Below are positions 21,136-34,100 of a stretch of DNA of 64,000 nucleotides, piece after piece. The notes beneath the pieces were generated by a model. The model did no database searches. It was not told where the DNA came from and saw only the letters and a list, made by a program, of their open reading frames with translations. The stretch comes from an uncultured Pseudomonadota bacterium. GTDB taxonomy: Bacteria > Myxococcota_A > Polyangia > Fen-1088. Within the stretch, counting starts at the first letter, position 1, and every line of letters starts with the position of its first letter. Position numbers and translations under genes: made by a program. The DNA is taken from positions 32,001 through 96,000 of the forward strand of contig CAWKBC010000032.1 of the NCBI GenBank assembly GCA_963847705.1, given 5' to 3'.

Positions 21136-21501
21136 TCAGGCGGCCTTCTTGGCGACCTTCCCCTTCGCCTTCCCCTTGGCCTTCTCGGCGCGGCGCTGCT
21201 CCCGGTACTTCTTGATGTCGGCTTTCGGCAGATCCTTGTGCTTGGAGCAGACCATCCCGAACACCGGGGCGGCGCGGTTGGAGCAGCCAGGCACGGGACA
21301 GAGCTGAATCGGTCCCTTGCGCCGCTTGCGACCACTGCCGGCGAGCTTGCCGGCGCCACGCGCCAATCCGGCCGGCGCCTGACCGCCGAACGCGGTCAGC
21401 ACGGCATCGCGCGCGCGAGAGACGGTGTCCTGCTCGATCAATGAAGCCAATCTATCGACGAACTGTTCTACGAGGTCCTGAATATCGGTCGTTCTAGCCA
21501 T
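21136..21501 (-). CDS. Small basic protein with CPVPGC..CSKH putative Zn finger and Lys/Ala tail
   Basis: ATG 21501 with GGGGAG RBS; upstream TTGCAT-N17-TAGTCT at 21527-21555. Confidence 0.8.
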   Translation of the reverse strand: MARTTDIQDLVEQFVDRLASLIEQDTVSRARDAVLTAFGGQAPAGLARGAGKLAGSGRKRRKGPIQLCPVPGCSNRAAPVFGMVCSKHKDLPKADIKKYREQRRAEKAKGKAKGKVAKKAA

Positions 21502-21600
21502 TTTTTCTCCCCCTGGTTGCGCGCGCAGACTAGCTGTGAACGATCGTCGATGCAAAGGTAAAAGCCTTGATTCGCCGTCGATCCGTGTCAAAAGGAGACG

Positions 21601-23936
<2,336 letters not shown>

Positions 23937-23959
23937 CGGCGATCCCCGCCGTCAGGCAA

Positions 23960-23975
23960 AGCATCAGCCGTGCCC
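23960..23975 (-). promoter_or_regulatory. Possible sigma54 promoter of the one-PDZ HtrA
   Basis: GGGCACGGCTGATGCT with GG-N10-GC spacing, ~25 nt before the ATG. Confidence 0.5.
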
Positions 23976-24058
23976 CGGGGCGGCGCCGAATCGACGCGCC
24001 CGAAGCGCTGGGCGCGCCCGGCGCTGTTACGGGCGCAGACCGCGCCCGACCGCGGCCG

Positions 24059-25624
24059 TCACTTGACGGTGACGAACCGGGTCCCGTTCGGCCCGCGCAC
24101 GCGCAGCAGATGCCCACCGCTCTTCGCAGTTCCATGAAGTGCGGCGACCGCCTCGTCCGCAGACCCGACCGGCCGCCGATCGATCTCGACGATCACGTCG
24201 CCCGGGCGCAGGCCCGCCTGCTCGGCCGGGCTGCCCGTGACGACGTCGGTGATCACCGCGCCCTTGGTGGCGCGATCGATCCCCAGGGAGGCCGCCACAT
24301 CGGGCGTCAGCGTCTGCACCGCCAGACCGATCTTCCCCTGCCCTTGCACGTCGGCGGTCTGCCGCTGGTCCTCGTCCGGGAGCTCCCCCAGCGCAACCTG
24401 CGTCTGCGTGGGGCGACCGTCGCGCACGTAGTGCAGGAGCACCCGGGTCCCGATCGGCTGGCTCGACACATAGTCGACCACGTCACCGGCTCCGACGATC
24501 TTCTGGCCGTTGACCTCGGTGATGACATCGCCCGGACGCATCCCGGCCTTGCCGGCCGGCCCCCCCGGTGTGGTCTCGGCGACGAAGGCGCCCGCCGGTG
24601 GGACCGCCTTGCCGAGCTTGGCCTTCTGGGCGTCGTCGAGATCCTTGACGTCGGTGAGCATGAGCCCGAGGTAGGCGTAGCGGACACGCCCGTCCTTGAC
24701 CAACGCCTGTGCCACCCGGCGGACCTCGTTGACCGGAATGGCGAAGCCGTAGGCGCCGCCCGCGCCGACCTGGATGAGCGTGTTGACGCCGACCACCTCC
24801 CCCTCGAGGTTCACCAGCGGCCCGCCCGAGTTGCCGGGGTTGATCTTGGCGTCGGTCTGGATGTACCCGCGCACGCGCCGGCCGGACATCTGCACGTGCC
24901 GCCCGGGGCGGCCCTTGCCGCTCACGATCCCGGCGGTCACGGTCTGCTCGAGCCCGAGCGGGCTGCCGACAGCGACCACCCACTCGCCCACATCCAGCTT
25001 GTCGGAGTCACCGAGGCGCGCCACCACCAGGTTCGAGGGCGGGTGATCGAGCTGCACCACCGCCACGTCCGTCTGCGCGTCCTTGCCGACCACGTGGGCG
25101 CTGTACTCCTTGTCGTCGTTCATGGTGACGGTCACCTTGGTCGCGCCCTGCACGACGTGCCGGTTGGTCACCACGTCGCCGTTCGTGTCGATGATGAAGC
25201 CGGAACCGACGCCGTGCGCGGGGCCGGGCGCCGGCATCCCGCCGCCTCCACCGCCGGGGCCAAACTGAAAGAAGTGGCGGAAGAACGGAGGGACCTGGTT
25301 GTCGTTTCCGTTGCCGCCGCCGTCGTCATCGTCTCCGTCGTCGTTCGGCATCTGCGGCGCGCGGCCGTGCGGCCCCATCCCGCGCCCGCCGCCGATCTCG
25401 ACCTCGATCCGGACCACGGACGGGCCGAGCGCCTTCGCCACGTTGGAGAAGGCGTGCGACAGGGCGCGCGCCTCGTTGGGCGCCTCCGTCTTCGGCGTGA
25501 CCGCCGGGCCCGCCGCCTGGACGGTGGCCGGGGCGAAGACCGAGGTCGGCGTGCGAGCACCGAGGCCGACCGCGGCGCCGAGCACCGCCAGGCAAAAGAC
25601 GAGGCGCAGACGAGTCCGGTTCAT
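24059..25624 (-). CDS. DegP/DegQ-like serine protease with two PDZ domains
   Basis: TNRHVV, DVAVV and INPGNSGGP; two PDZ domains; signal peptide. Confidence 0.94.
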   Translation of the reverse strand: MNRTRLRLVFCLAVLGAAVGLGARTPTSVFAPATVQAAGPAVTPKTEAPNEARALSHAFSNVAKALGPSVVRIEVEIGGGRGMGPHGRAPQMPNDDGDDDDGGGNGNDNQVPPFFRHFFQFGPGGGGGGMPAPGPAHGVGSGFIIDTNGDVVTNRHVVQGATKVTVTMNDDKEYSAHVVGKDAQTDVAVVQLDHPPSNLVVARLGDSDKLDVGEWVVAVGSPLGLEQTVTAGIVSGKGRPGRHVQMSGRRVRGYIQTDAKINPGNSGGPLVNLEGEVVGVNTLIQVGAGGAYGFAIPVNEVRRVAQALVKDGRVRYAYLGLMLTDVKDLDDAQKAKLGKAVPPAGAFVAETTPGGPAGKAGMRPGDVITEVNGQKIVGAGDVVDYVSSQPIGTRVLLHYVRDGRPTQTQVALGELPDEDQRQTADVQGQGKIGLAVQTLTPDVAASLGIDRATKGAVITDVVTGSPAEQAGLRPGDVIVEIDRRPVGSADEAVAALHGTAKSGGHLLRVRGPNGTRFVTVK

Positions 25625-25755
25625 AGCGTTCCTTTGTATCGAGTTGGATGAGCTGTCAAGCCGAGTGGGATGCCCGCCCGGAGGCGCATTCTTGCGAATC
25701 TTCGTAACCCCCTGGATAACCGGTCCTCCACAGTGAAACATTCCTGTCTCGCCCC

Positions 25756-26451
25756 ATGAAGTGGCTCCTCCGTCTGCGCGAAGCGCCTGTCACCAGCGCG
25801 CTCATCGCCGCCAATCTGGCGGTCTACATCATCATGTTCGTGGTATCGGGGTGGCGCTGGTCGTTCGACGGCACCACGCTGATCGCGGCCGGCGCGTCGG
25901 TCTCCGGGGGCGGCGCCGAGGTGTCGCACTGGCGGTGGCTCACCGCGGCGTTCATCCACGCCAACCTCTTGCACATCGTGATGAACCTCTGGGTGCTGGG
26001 CCAGATCGGCGTGCTGTCCGAACGGGCGCTCGGCCGGGGTCTCTACGCCGCCACGTACGTGGTCACCGGCGTGCTCGGCAATGTCCTGTCGACCGTGATG
26101 GCGGCCGGGCGCCCACAGATGACCGTCGCGGTGGGGGCCTCGGGCGCCATCATGGGGCTCATCGGGATGGCGGCCACGTTCGCCTGGCGCAGCGGCCAGC
26201 GCGCCGCCGCCAAGGCGCTCGCCTTCAATATCCTGTTCGTGCTCGGGGTCGGGCTGTCGCTCTCGGCGCGGGGGATCAGCCTGGTCGACAACGCGGCCCA
26301 CATCGGCGGCCTCTGCGCCGGGGCGGCGATCGGCCTGGTCCGGGTGTCGGTGCGGCGCCCCACGCCGCGCTGGCTCGACACCACGGCGATCGTGCTGTCG
26401 TTCGCGCTCTCGGCGGTCGCCTTCGCCGTCGTTCTGCTGCAAGGCGGGTGA
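25756..26451 (+). CDS. Rhomboid intramembrane serine protease
   Basis: WR..HANLLHIVMN, GASG and AHIGG motifs. Confidence 0.92.
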   Translation: MKWLLRLREAPVTSALIAANLAVYIIMFVVSGWRWSFDGTTLIAAGASVSGGGAEVSHWRWLTAAFIHANLLHIVMNLWVLGQIGVLSERALGRGLYAATYVVTGVLGNVLSTVMAAGRPQMTVAVGASGAIMGLIGMAATFAWRSGQRAAAKALAFNILFVLGVGLSLSARGISLVDNAAHIGGLCAGAAIGLVRVSVRRPTPRWLDTTAIVLSFALSAVAFAVVLLQGG

Positions 26452-26516
26452 GGGTGGCGGCGGGCGGGACGCCTGGGGCTCAGCTGGCCCTGCTCGCGTA
26501 AAAAGCGAGGGTCGGC

Positions 26517-26543
26517 TGTCGATCCGGCGCCCCCTCGATCGAC
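26517..26543 (+). promoter_or_regulatory. Putative ECF42-type promoter
   Basis: TGTCGA-N17-CGAC upstream of the DGPF gene/ECF pair, matching the TGTCGA/CGWC pattern described for this ECF group. Confidence 0.6.
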
Positions 26544-26591
26544 TCACTGCCGGGACGTTGATCTTTCAACCACGCAGACAGGAGAGAGGCC

Positions 26592-26966
26592 ATGCAGTAC
26601 ATGCTGTTGATCTACACAAACGAAGCCGCCATGAAGTCCGCGACCGACGCCGATCGCGACGCGATGTTCCGGGCCTACCACGAGTACACCCAGGGCATCA
26701 TCAAGAGCGGAAACATGAAGGCGGGCGACGCGCTTCAGCCGACCACCACCGCGACCACGGTGCGCGTGCGCGACGGCAAGACGCTGACCACCGACGGTCC
26801 GTTCGCCGAGACGCGCGAGCAGCTCGGCGGCTATTACCTGGTCGAGGCCAAGGATCTCGACGAGGCGACCAAGCTGGCGGCCCGCATCCCGGGCGCGCAG
26901 GTGGGCGGCATCGAGGTGCGGCCGGTGATGCAACTGCCGCCCGACTATCCCCGTCCGAGCCGCTAG
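26592..26966 (+). CDS. YciI/DGPF-domain protein
   Basis: TDGPFAETREQLGGYY and IEVRPV. Confidence 0.93.
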   Translation: MQYMLLIYTNEAAMKSATDADRDAMFRAYHEYTQGIIKSGNMKAGDALQPTTTATTVRVRDGKTLTTDGPFAETREQLGGYYLVEAKDLDEATKLAARIPGAQVGGIEVRPVMQLPPDYPRPSR

Positions 26967-27028
26967 CAGCGGGTCGGCAGCCGTGCACGCGCAGGTGAGG
27001 CGCGTGCACGGCTATGATCGGGGGCGCC

Positions 27029-28300
27029 ATGCAGGTCGAAGTCGAGGTCGTCGAGCGCGTCTTCCGGGAGCAGCGGCGGCGCATCCTGGCGACGCTGATC
27101 CGCATCCTCGGCGACATCGATCTGGCCGAGGATGCGCTGGCGGCCGCCTTCGAGGCGGCGCTCGGGCAATGGCCCGCCGAAGGCGGCGTTCCCGACAACC
27201 CGCGCGCCTGGTTGATTCGCACCGCGCGCAACAAGGCCATCGACCAGCGACGCCAGGCCACGCTTCACCAGGCCAAGCACGCCGAGCTCGCCGCGGAGAG
27301 CGACACCACCACCGCGCCCGGCGTCTTCCTGGGGGACGAGCGGACCGTCGAGGACGATCAGCTGCGCCTCATCTTCACCTGCTGTCACCCGGCGCTGGCG
27401 ATCGAGGCCCAGGTGGCGTTGACGCTGCGCACGCTCGGCGGCCTCGAGACCGAGGAGATCGCCCGCGCGTTCCTGGTGCCTCCGGCGACCATGGCGCAGC
27501 GGCTGGTGCGCGCCAAGGGCAAGATCCGCGACGCGGGCATCCCCTACCGCGTGCCCGATCCGGAGGAGCTGCCCGAACGTCTCGAGGCCGTGCTCGCCGT
27601 GGTCTACCTGATCTTCAACGAAGGCTACGCCGCCAGCTCGGGCGCGGCGCTGGTGCGCGCCGACCTGTGCGCGGAGGCACTCCGGCTCGGGCGCCTGCTG
27701 ATCGCGCTGATGCCGGCGCGTCCCGAGGCGGGCGCGCTGCTGGCGCTGATGCTCCTCACCGACGCGCGGCGCGACGCGCGCGTGGACGCCAGCGGCGAGG
27801 TCATGCTGCTCGAGGAGCAGGATCGGTCGCGCTGGCACGCCGGGGCGATCGAGGAGGGACTGGCCCTGGTCGAAGAGGCGCTGCGCGCCGATCCCTTCGG
27901 GGCTTACACGCTGCAGGCGGCGATCGCCGGCGTCCATGCGCGCGCCGCGCGTGCCGCCGACACCGACTGGCCCGAGATCGCCGCCCTCTATGCGCTGCTG
28001 GCCGCGCGCCATCCCTCGCCGGTCGTCGCGCTGAACCACGCCGCCGCCATCGCGATGGCCGAGGGGCCCGAAGAAGGGTTGCGCCGGCTCGACGCCCTCG
28101 CCGCCGGTGGAACCCTGGCGGGCTATCACCTGCTGCCGGCGGCGCGCGCCGAGCTGCTGCGCCGCCTCGGTCGCGTCGACGAGGCCGCCGCCGCCTACCG
28201 GGCAGCGCTGGCGCTGGTCGGCAACGACGCCGAAGGGCGATTCCTGCGCCGCCGTCTCAGCGAGCTCGGCGGCAGCGGCGCGCGCGCCGGCGGCCGCTGA
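27029..28300 (+). CDS. ECF sigma factor with C-terminal TPR-like extension (ECF42-like)
   Basis: [25 protein letters not shown] and YLIFNEGY; adjacent DGPF gene. Confidence 0.92.
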   Translation: MQVEVEVVERVFREQRRRILATLIRILGDIDLAEDALAAAFEAALGQWPAEGGVPDNPRAWLIRTARNKAIDQRRQATLHQAKHAELAAESDTTTAPGVFLGDERTVEDDQLRLIFTCCHPALAIEAQVALTLRTLGGLETEEIARAFLVPPATMAQRLVRAKGKIRDAGIPYRVPDPEELPERLEAVLAVVYLIFNEGYAASSGAALVRADLCAEALRLGRLLIALMPARPEAGALLALMLLTDARRDARVDASGEVMLLEEQDRSRWHAGAIEEGLALVEEALRADPFGAYTLQAAIAGVHARAARAADTDWPEIAALYALLAARHPSPVVALNHAAAIAMAEGPEEGLRRLDALAAGGTLAGYHLLPAARAELLRRLGRVDEAAAAYRAALALVGNDAEGRFLRRRLSELGGSGARAGGR

Positions 28301-28390
28301 GGGCCCGGTCGATCCGGCGGCCCGGCCTGCTCGAGGTTGCGCGGAATGCCCGGTCGACGACCGCCTGCGCTGCATTACATTGGACGGACC

Positions 28391-29770
28391 ATGCGGATCG
28401 AGAGCGTCAATCCCGCCACCGGCGAGCGGCTGCGGGCATTCGAGGTGGAGGGCGCCCCTGCGGTCGAGGCCAAGCTGGGGCGCGCGGCGACGGCGTTCAG
28501 GGCCTGGAGCCGGCGGCCCCTCGGCGAGCGGGCCGCGATCGTGGCGCGCGCGGGCAACCTTCTCGAGAGCGAGCGGCAGACCTTCGGCCGGCTGATGACC
28601 CTGGAGATGGGGAAGCTGGTCGGGGCCGCGGCGGACGAGGCGGCCAAGTGCGCCACGGCCTGCCGCTACTACGCCGAGCGCGGCGAGGAGTTCATGCGCC
28701 CCGAGCTCGTCGCCGCAGCGGCCGGCGATCGGGACGCGATCTGTTTCGAGCCGCTGGGGGTGGTGCTGGCGGTGATGCCCTGGAATTTCCCCTTCTGGCA
28801 GGTGATCCGCTTCGCGGCACCGGCGCTGGTGGCAGGCAACGTGGGCCTGCTCAAGCACGCCTCGAACGTCCCGCAGTGCGCGCTGGCGCTGGAAGATCTG
28901 TTTCGCCGCGCCGGCGCCCCGGAGGGCGTCTTTCAGACGCTGCTCATCGGCTCGGAGCCGGTGGCCGGCCTCATCGCCGACGATCGCGTCGCCGCGGTGA
29001 CGGTCACCGGCAGCGAGGCGGCCGGCCGCGCCATCGGTGCCGCGGCCGGCGCGCATCTGAAGAAGAGCGTCCTCGAGCTGGGCGGCAGCGATCCCTTCCT
29101 GGTGCTGGCGAGCGCGGATCTCGACCGCGCGGTCGCCACGGCGGTGAAGGCGCGCATGGTCAACACCGGCCAGTCCTGCATCGCCGCCAAGCGCTTCATC
29201 GTCGCCGACGCGATCTACGATCGTTTCGCGACGGCGTTCACGGCAGCCATGGCCGCGCTGGTGGTGGGTGACCCATCCGATCCAAAAACGCAGGTCGGCC
29301 CGCTGGCGACCGCCGCCATCCGCGACGGGGTGGCCGAGCAGGTCACGCGCTCGGTCGCCGCCGGGGCGCGCGTGCTGACCGGCGGACGCGCGCAGGAGGG
29401 CCCCGGCTATTACTACCCGCCGACGGTGCTCGCCGATGTGCCGCCGACGGCCCCCGCGGCGCGCGACGAGGTCTTCGGTCCGGTGGCCGCCCTCTTCCGG
29501 GTCGCTGGCCTCGAGGAGGCGATCGCGCTGGCCAACGCCACGCCGTTTGGCCTGGGCGCGGCAGCCTTCACCCGCGATCGCCAGGAAGCCGACCGGCTGG
29601 CCCGGGAGCTCGAGGCCGGCAGCGTCTTCATCAACGGGATGGTCGCCTCCGACACCCAGTTCCCCTTCGGCGGCGTGAAGAGGTCTGGATATGGCCGCGA
29701 GCTCTCGCGCTACGGCCTGCGCGAGTTCGTGAACGTGAAGACGGTCCGGATGACAGGGCTCGCGGGATGA
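28391..29770 (+). CDS. NAD(P)-dependent succinate-semialdehyde dehydrogenase family ALDH
   Basis: [25 protein letters not shown] and PFGGVKRSG motifs. Confidence 0.9.
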   Translation: MRIESVNPATGERLRAFEVEGAPAVEAKLGRAATAFRAWSRRPLGERAAIVARAGNLLESERQTFGRLMTLEMGKLVGAAADEAAKCATACRYYAERGEEFMRPELVAAAAGDRDAICFEPLGVVLAVMPWNFPFWQVIRFAAPALVAGNVGLLKHASNVPQCALALEDLFRRAGAPEGVFQTLLIGSEPVAGLIADDRVAAVTVTGSEAAGRAIGAAAGAHLKKSVLELGGSDPFLVLASADLDRAVATAVKARMVNTGQSCIAAKRFIVADAIYDRFATAFTAAMAALVVGDPSDPKTQVGPLATAAIRDGVAEQVTRSVAAGARVLTGGRAQEGPGYYYPPTVLADVPPTAPAARDEVFGPVAALFRVAGLEEAIALANATPFGLGAAAFTRDRQEADRLARELEAGSVFINGMVASDTQFPFGGVKRSGYGRELSRYGLREFVNVKTVRMTGLAG

Positions 29771-29777
29771 AGGCTGG

Positions 29778-31055
29778 CTAGCTGGGATGCTGCTCTTCCA
29801 GCCGATCAAGGCGGGCCAGCGCCGGCACGCGCCAGGCGGTGACCAGGGTGACCGCCACGGTGATGAGGCCGCCCACCACCACGGAGCAGACGGTGCCGAG
29901 CAGCTTGGCCGCCACGCCCGACTCGAAGGCGCCAATCTCGTTCGATGACCCGACGAAGATCTGGTTGACCGCCGAGACGCGGCCCAGCATTCCAGACGGC
30001 ACCATCACCTGCATGAGCGTGCTGCGAAAGTAGACGCTCAGCATGTCGGCGGCCCCGCTGGCCGCGAGCAGCAGGAGTGACAGCCAGATCGACCGCGACA
30101 GCGCGAACGCGATCATGAAGACGCCGAACAGCGCGACGGCCGAGAGAAACAGCCGCCCCGCCCGCCGGGGTGGCGGGCGCAACGCCAGCAGGCTGGACAT
30201 CAACACCGCGCCCACGGCCGGCGCCGCGCGCAGAGCGCCCAGGCCCTGCGGCCCGACGTGAAGGATCTCCTGGGCGAAGATCGGCAGGAGGGCCACCGCG
30301 CCGCCGAACAGCACGGCCAGCAGATCGAGCGTCATGGCCCCGAGAAAGATGGGACGGGAGAAGAGGAACGTCAGCCCGGCCCGCACGCTGGCCACCAGCG
30401 GCTCGGCCCGCGCTGCCCGCTGGCGCGCGGGGGCCTCGATGCGCCCCACGGTGACCAGAGAGACGGCCATCAGCCCCGCGGCGATGGCGTACGACGAGGT
30501 CGCGCCGACCCAGGCATAGAGGATGCCCCCCATCGCCGGACCGGTGACGGCGGCGACCTGCCAGATGCCGGTGCGCCAGGCGACCGCGCTCGGGAACAGC
30601 GGGCGGGGGACCAGGTCGGCGCCGAGCGCGTTGCGCGCCGGCAGCAGAAAGCTGCGCGCGCCGCCGCAGACGACGATCACCGCGTAGATCGTCCAGCGGA
30701 TCCAGCGGCCCGTCTGCCCGCGCATCAAGAAGAGCAGGCTCGTCACCGCCAGCGTGGCCGCGCAGAGAAACAGGATCACCAGGGCCAAAAGCGCGATCCG
30801 CTTGCGATCGCGGAGGTCCGCCACGTGCCCGGCGTAGAGGGCGAAGGCGATGAAGGGCGCGGCCTCGGCGAGGCCGACCATCCCCAAGGCCAGCGGATCG
30901 TGCGTGATGGCGTACATTTGCCAGGCGACCACCACACCCTGGATCTGGGCGCCCATCGCCATGGCCAAAATGCTGGCGACGAACCAGCGGAAATTCACCA
31001 GTCGGAGCGGGGCATAAGGATCGTGCGGAAGGGGAAGAGCAGGCGCTTGAGACAT
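29778..31055 (-). CDS. MFS transporter (EntS/macrolide-efflux-like)
   Basis: About 12 TM helices; GHVADLRDRK loop motif. Confidence 0.9.
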   Translation of the reverse strand: MSQAPALPLPHDPYAPLRLVNFRWFVASILAMAMGAQIQGVVVAWQMYAITHDPLALGMVGLAEAAPFIAFALYAGHVADLRDRKRIALLALVILFLCAATLAVTSLLFLMRGQTGRWIRWTIYAVIVVCGGARSFLLPARNALGADLVPRPLFPSAVAWRTGIWQVAAVTGPAMGGILYAWVGATSSYAIAAGLMAVSLVTVGRIEAPARQRAARAEPLVASVRAGLTFLFSRPIFLGAMTLDLLAVLFGGAVALLPIFAQEILHVGPQGLGALRAAPAVGAVLMSSLLALRPPPRRAGRLFLSAVALFGVFMIAFALSRSIWLSLLLLAASGAADMLSVYFRSTLMQVMVPSGMLGRVSAVNQIFVGSSNEIGAFESGVAAKLLGTVCSVVVGGLITVAVTLVTAWRVPALARLDRLEEQHPS

Positions 31056-31108
31056 CCGTCCCTAGATTACGGTACAAAGGCGTTCGCTCCACCACACCCA
31101 AGGACCGC

Positions 31109-34100
31109 GTGACGACGCTCGGAAAAGACTTTCGCCTCCCCCCGGAGATCAAACCCCAGAGCTACGACGCCGAGCTGCGCATCGATATGGCGGCGGGACG
31201 GTTCGAGGGGGCTCTGGGGATCGCCCTGCAGATCTCCTCGGCAGGGAACGAGCTCACCCTGCACGCGGTCGGCCTCGACGTGACGTCGGCGACCGCGGAG
31301 CTGGCCGACGGGCGACGCCTCTCGGCCAGCGCAACGGCCGACGCGACCAGCGAGACGGTCACCCTCGCCTTCGGCGAGGCGTTGCCGGCCGGTGCCGCCA
31401 AGCTGCTGCTGGCCTACGAGGGGGCCTTCAGCCCCGGGCTGCGCGGCCTCTACCGGGCCGGCCCGCTGGCCGTCACCCAGTTCGAGGCCGCCGACGCGCG
31501 CCGCGTGTTTCCCTGCTTCGACGAGCCCGGCTTCAAGGCGATCTGGCGTGTCTCGGTGTCGGGCGTTCCGACCGACGCGGTCGCGCTCTCCAACGGCGTC
31601 GCCACCCACGACGAGAGCGACGGGCGCGGCGGCCGGCGGGTCACCTTCGCGCCGACGCCGCCGCTGTCGTCCTACCTCATCGCGCTCATCGTCGGCCCGA
31701 TCGTGCCGAGCGCCGTGGTCCGGGTGCGCGACATCCCGATCTGCACCTGGACCACGGCCGAGAAACGCCACCTGACCTCGTTCGGGCAGGAGACGGCCTC
31801 GGCGGTGCTGCCGCGGCTGGAGGACTACTTCGGGCTCCCCTACCCGTTCGGCAAGCTCGATCAGATCGGCATTCCCGACTTCGAGGCGGGCGCCATGGAG
31901 AACGCGGGCGCCGTCACCTTCCGCGAGGTGGCGCTGCTGGCCGATCCCGCCACCGCGCCGCTGGCGGTGCAGAAGCGGGTGGCGGAGGTGATCACCCATG
32001 AGCTGGCGCACCAGTGGTTCGGCAACCTGGTGACGATGCAATGGTGGGACGATCTGTGGCTCAACGAGGCGTTCGCCACCTGGATGGCCTACAAGATCGT
32101 CGACGACTGGCGCCCGTCCTGGCGCATCTGGATGGACTTCGAGGCGGGCAAGGGGGCGGCGCTGGCGCTCGACGCGCTGGTCTCGGCCCACCCCATACGG
32201 GCCGAGATCAAGAACGCCGAAGAGGCCGGCGAGTCGTTCGACGCGATCACGTACGAGAAGGGCGGCGCGGTCCTCCGCATGCTGGAAGGGTTCCTGGGCG
32301 CGGAGCGCTTTCGCGACGGGATCCGCCTCTACATGCGCCGCCACCGCGAGGCGAACGCCACCGCCGACGACCTCTGGAGCGCGCTCGAAGAGTCGTCAGG
32401 GCAACCGATCCTGGCCATGGCCAACGGCTGGATTCGCCAGACCGGCTATCCCCTGGTGAGCCTGGCGCTCGAGCGCGATTCCACCGGCACCTTCGTCAAT
32501 CTGCGGCAGCGCCGGTTCTTCGCCGAGCCGGGCGCCGTCGCGCGCGGGTCGGACACGCGCTGGCTGGTTCCTGTGGTGTTGCGCTTTCGCGACGCCGCCG
32601 GCATCAAGGAACAGCCGGTGCTCCTGGCCGAGGAGTCGGCGCGGATTCCGCTCGCCGCCGACGGTGAGGTCGTCTGGTGCCTCGGCAACGCCGAGGCGCG
32701 CGGCTTCTACCGCACCGCCTACGCCCCCGAGACGCACGCGCGCCTTCTCCCGGCGGTGAGCGAGCTGCGCCCGGCCGAGCGGGTGGCGCTGGTCTCCGAC
32801 GCCTGGGCGCTGGTGCGCGCGGGCGAGGCGACGATCGAGGCCTTCCTCGAGCTGGTCGCCAGCCTGCGACACGAGACCGACCACGTCGTGCTCGACGAGC
32901 TGGTCGGCAAGCTGTCGGTGATCGAACACCGTTTTCTCGCCGAGGCAGATCGGGAGAACTTCGGTGCCTTCGTCGCCGAGCTGTTCGGCGCGCAGGCCGC
33001 GGCGCTGGGGTGGGCGCCCGCCGCCGGCACCTCCGAGGACGACGAGACCCGGTTGCGTCGGGCCGTCCTGCTGCGGGCGCTCGTGCTCCTGGCGCGCGAG
33101 CCAGGCGCCGTGGCCGAGGCGGCCCGGCGGCTTCCCTCCTCCGCACAGGGCGGCGCGGCGGGAGCGAAGCTCGATCCGAACCTGCTCGACATCGTGGTGA
33201 CCGCCGCGGCGCGCGGCGCCGACGAGGCGCGCTTCGACGAGCTGCGGGCCCGCGCGCGGAGCGACGCCGATCCGGCCGCCAAGCGCCGCTACCTTCACGC
33301 GCTGGCGCGGGTGGAGTCGCCCGCGCTGACGGCCCGCACGGTGGAGATGGCGCTCGGCCCCGAGGTCCCCATGCAGGACTTCTCGTCTTACGTCGGGGTG
33401 CTGCTCGGCAACCGGGCCACGCGCGAGGCGACCTTCCGTCTGATCGGCGAGCGCTGGACCGAGATGCGGGCCAAGGCCGACTCGCCGATGATCTCGCGCC
33501 GGCTCGTGGAGTCGATGGCCACGCTCCCGGAGCGCCGCCACCTGGACGAGGTGCGGACCTTTCTGGCCACCCATCCGATCGACGGCGCCAAGCAGGCGAC
33601 GGCACAGACCCTGGAACGGATGCAAATGGACGCCGATCTGCGCGATCGCATCCTGGGCCCGGTCGGCGCCTGGCTGGCCGGCCGCGGCAAACGCAATCCG
33701 CAGGCGGGCGTGGGGCGCCCGGGCGGCCTCTTCGCGGCGGCCTTGACCGCGGCGGCGGTCTTCGTCATCGGCCAGCAGCTGATCCCCCAGCGCCCGACGC
33801 CGACGCTCCCGCCCCCGCCCGCCGTCCCCGCGCGGGCGCCTTTGCCCACCACGGCCGTCGACGCGACGGTGGCGGCTCGCCCCGACGGTCCGGTGGCCGT
33901 GGCGACCGACGCGGCTCGGCCGGCCGACGCCGCCGGGCACGCCGACGGAGAAATCGTACGCCCCGGCGACGCCGCAGCGCCCGCAGCCCTGCCCAATGCG
34001 CCAGCCGCCAGCAGAGCGGTCGACGCTTCGTCACCGGCCGGGCCGCACGCCGACCGCAAGCCAGCGGCGACCGAAAACGCCCCGGCGACGGCGGCGGGCG

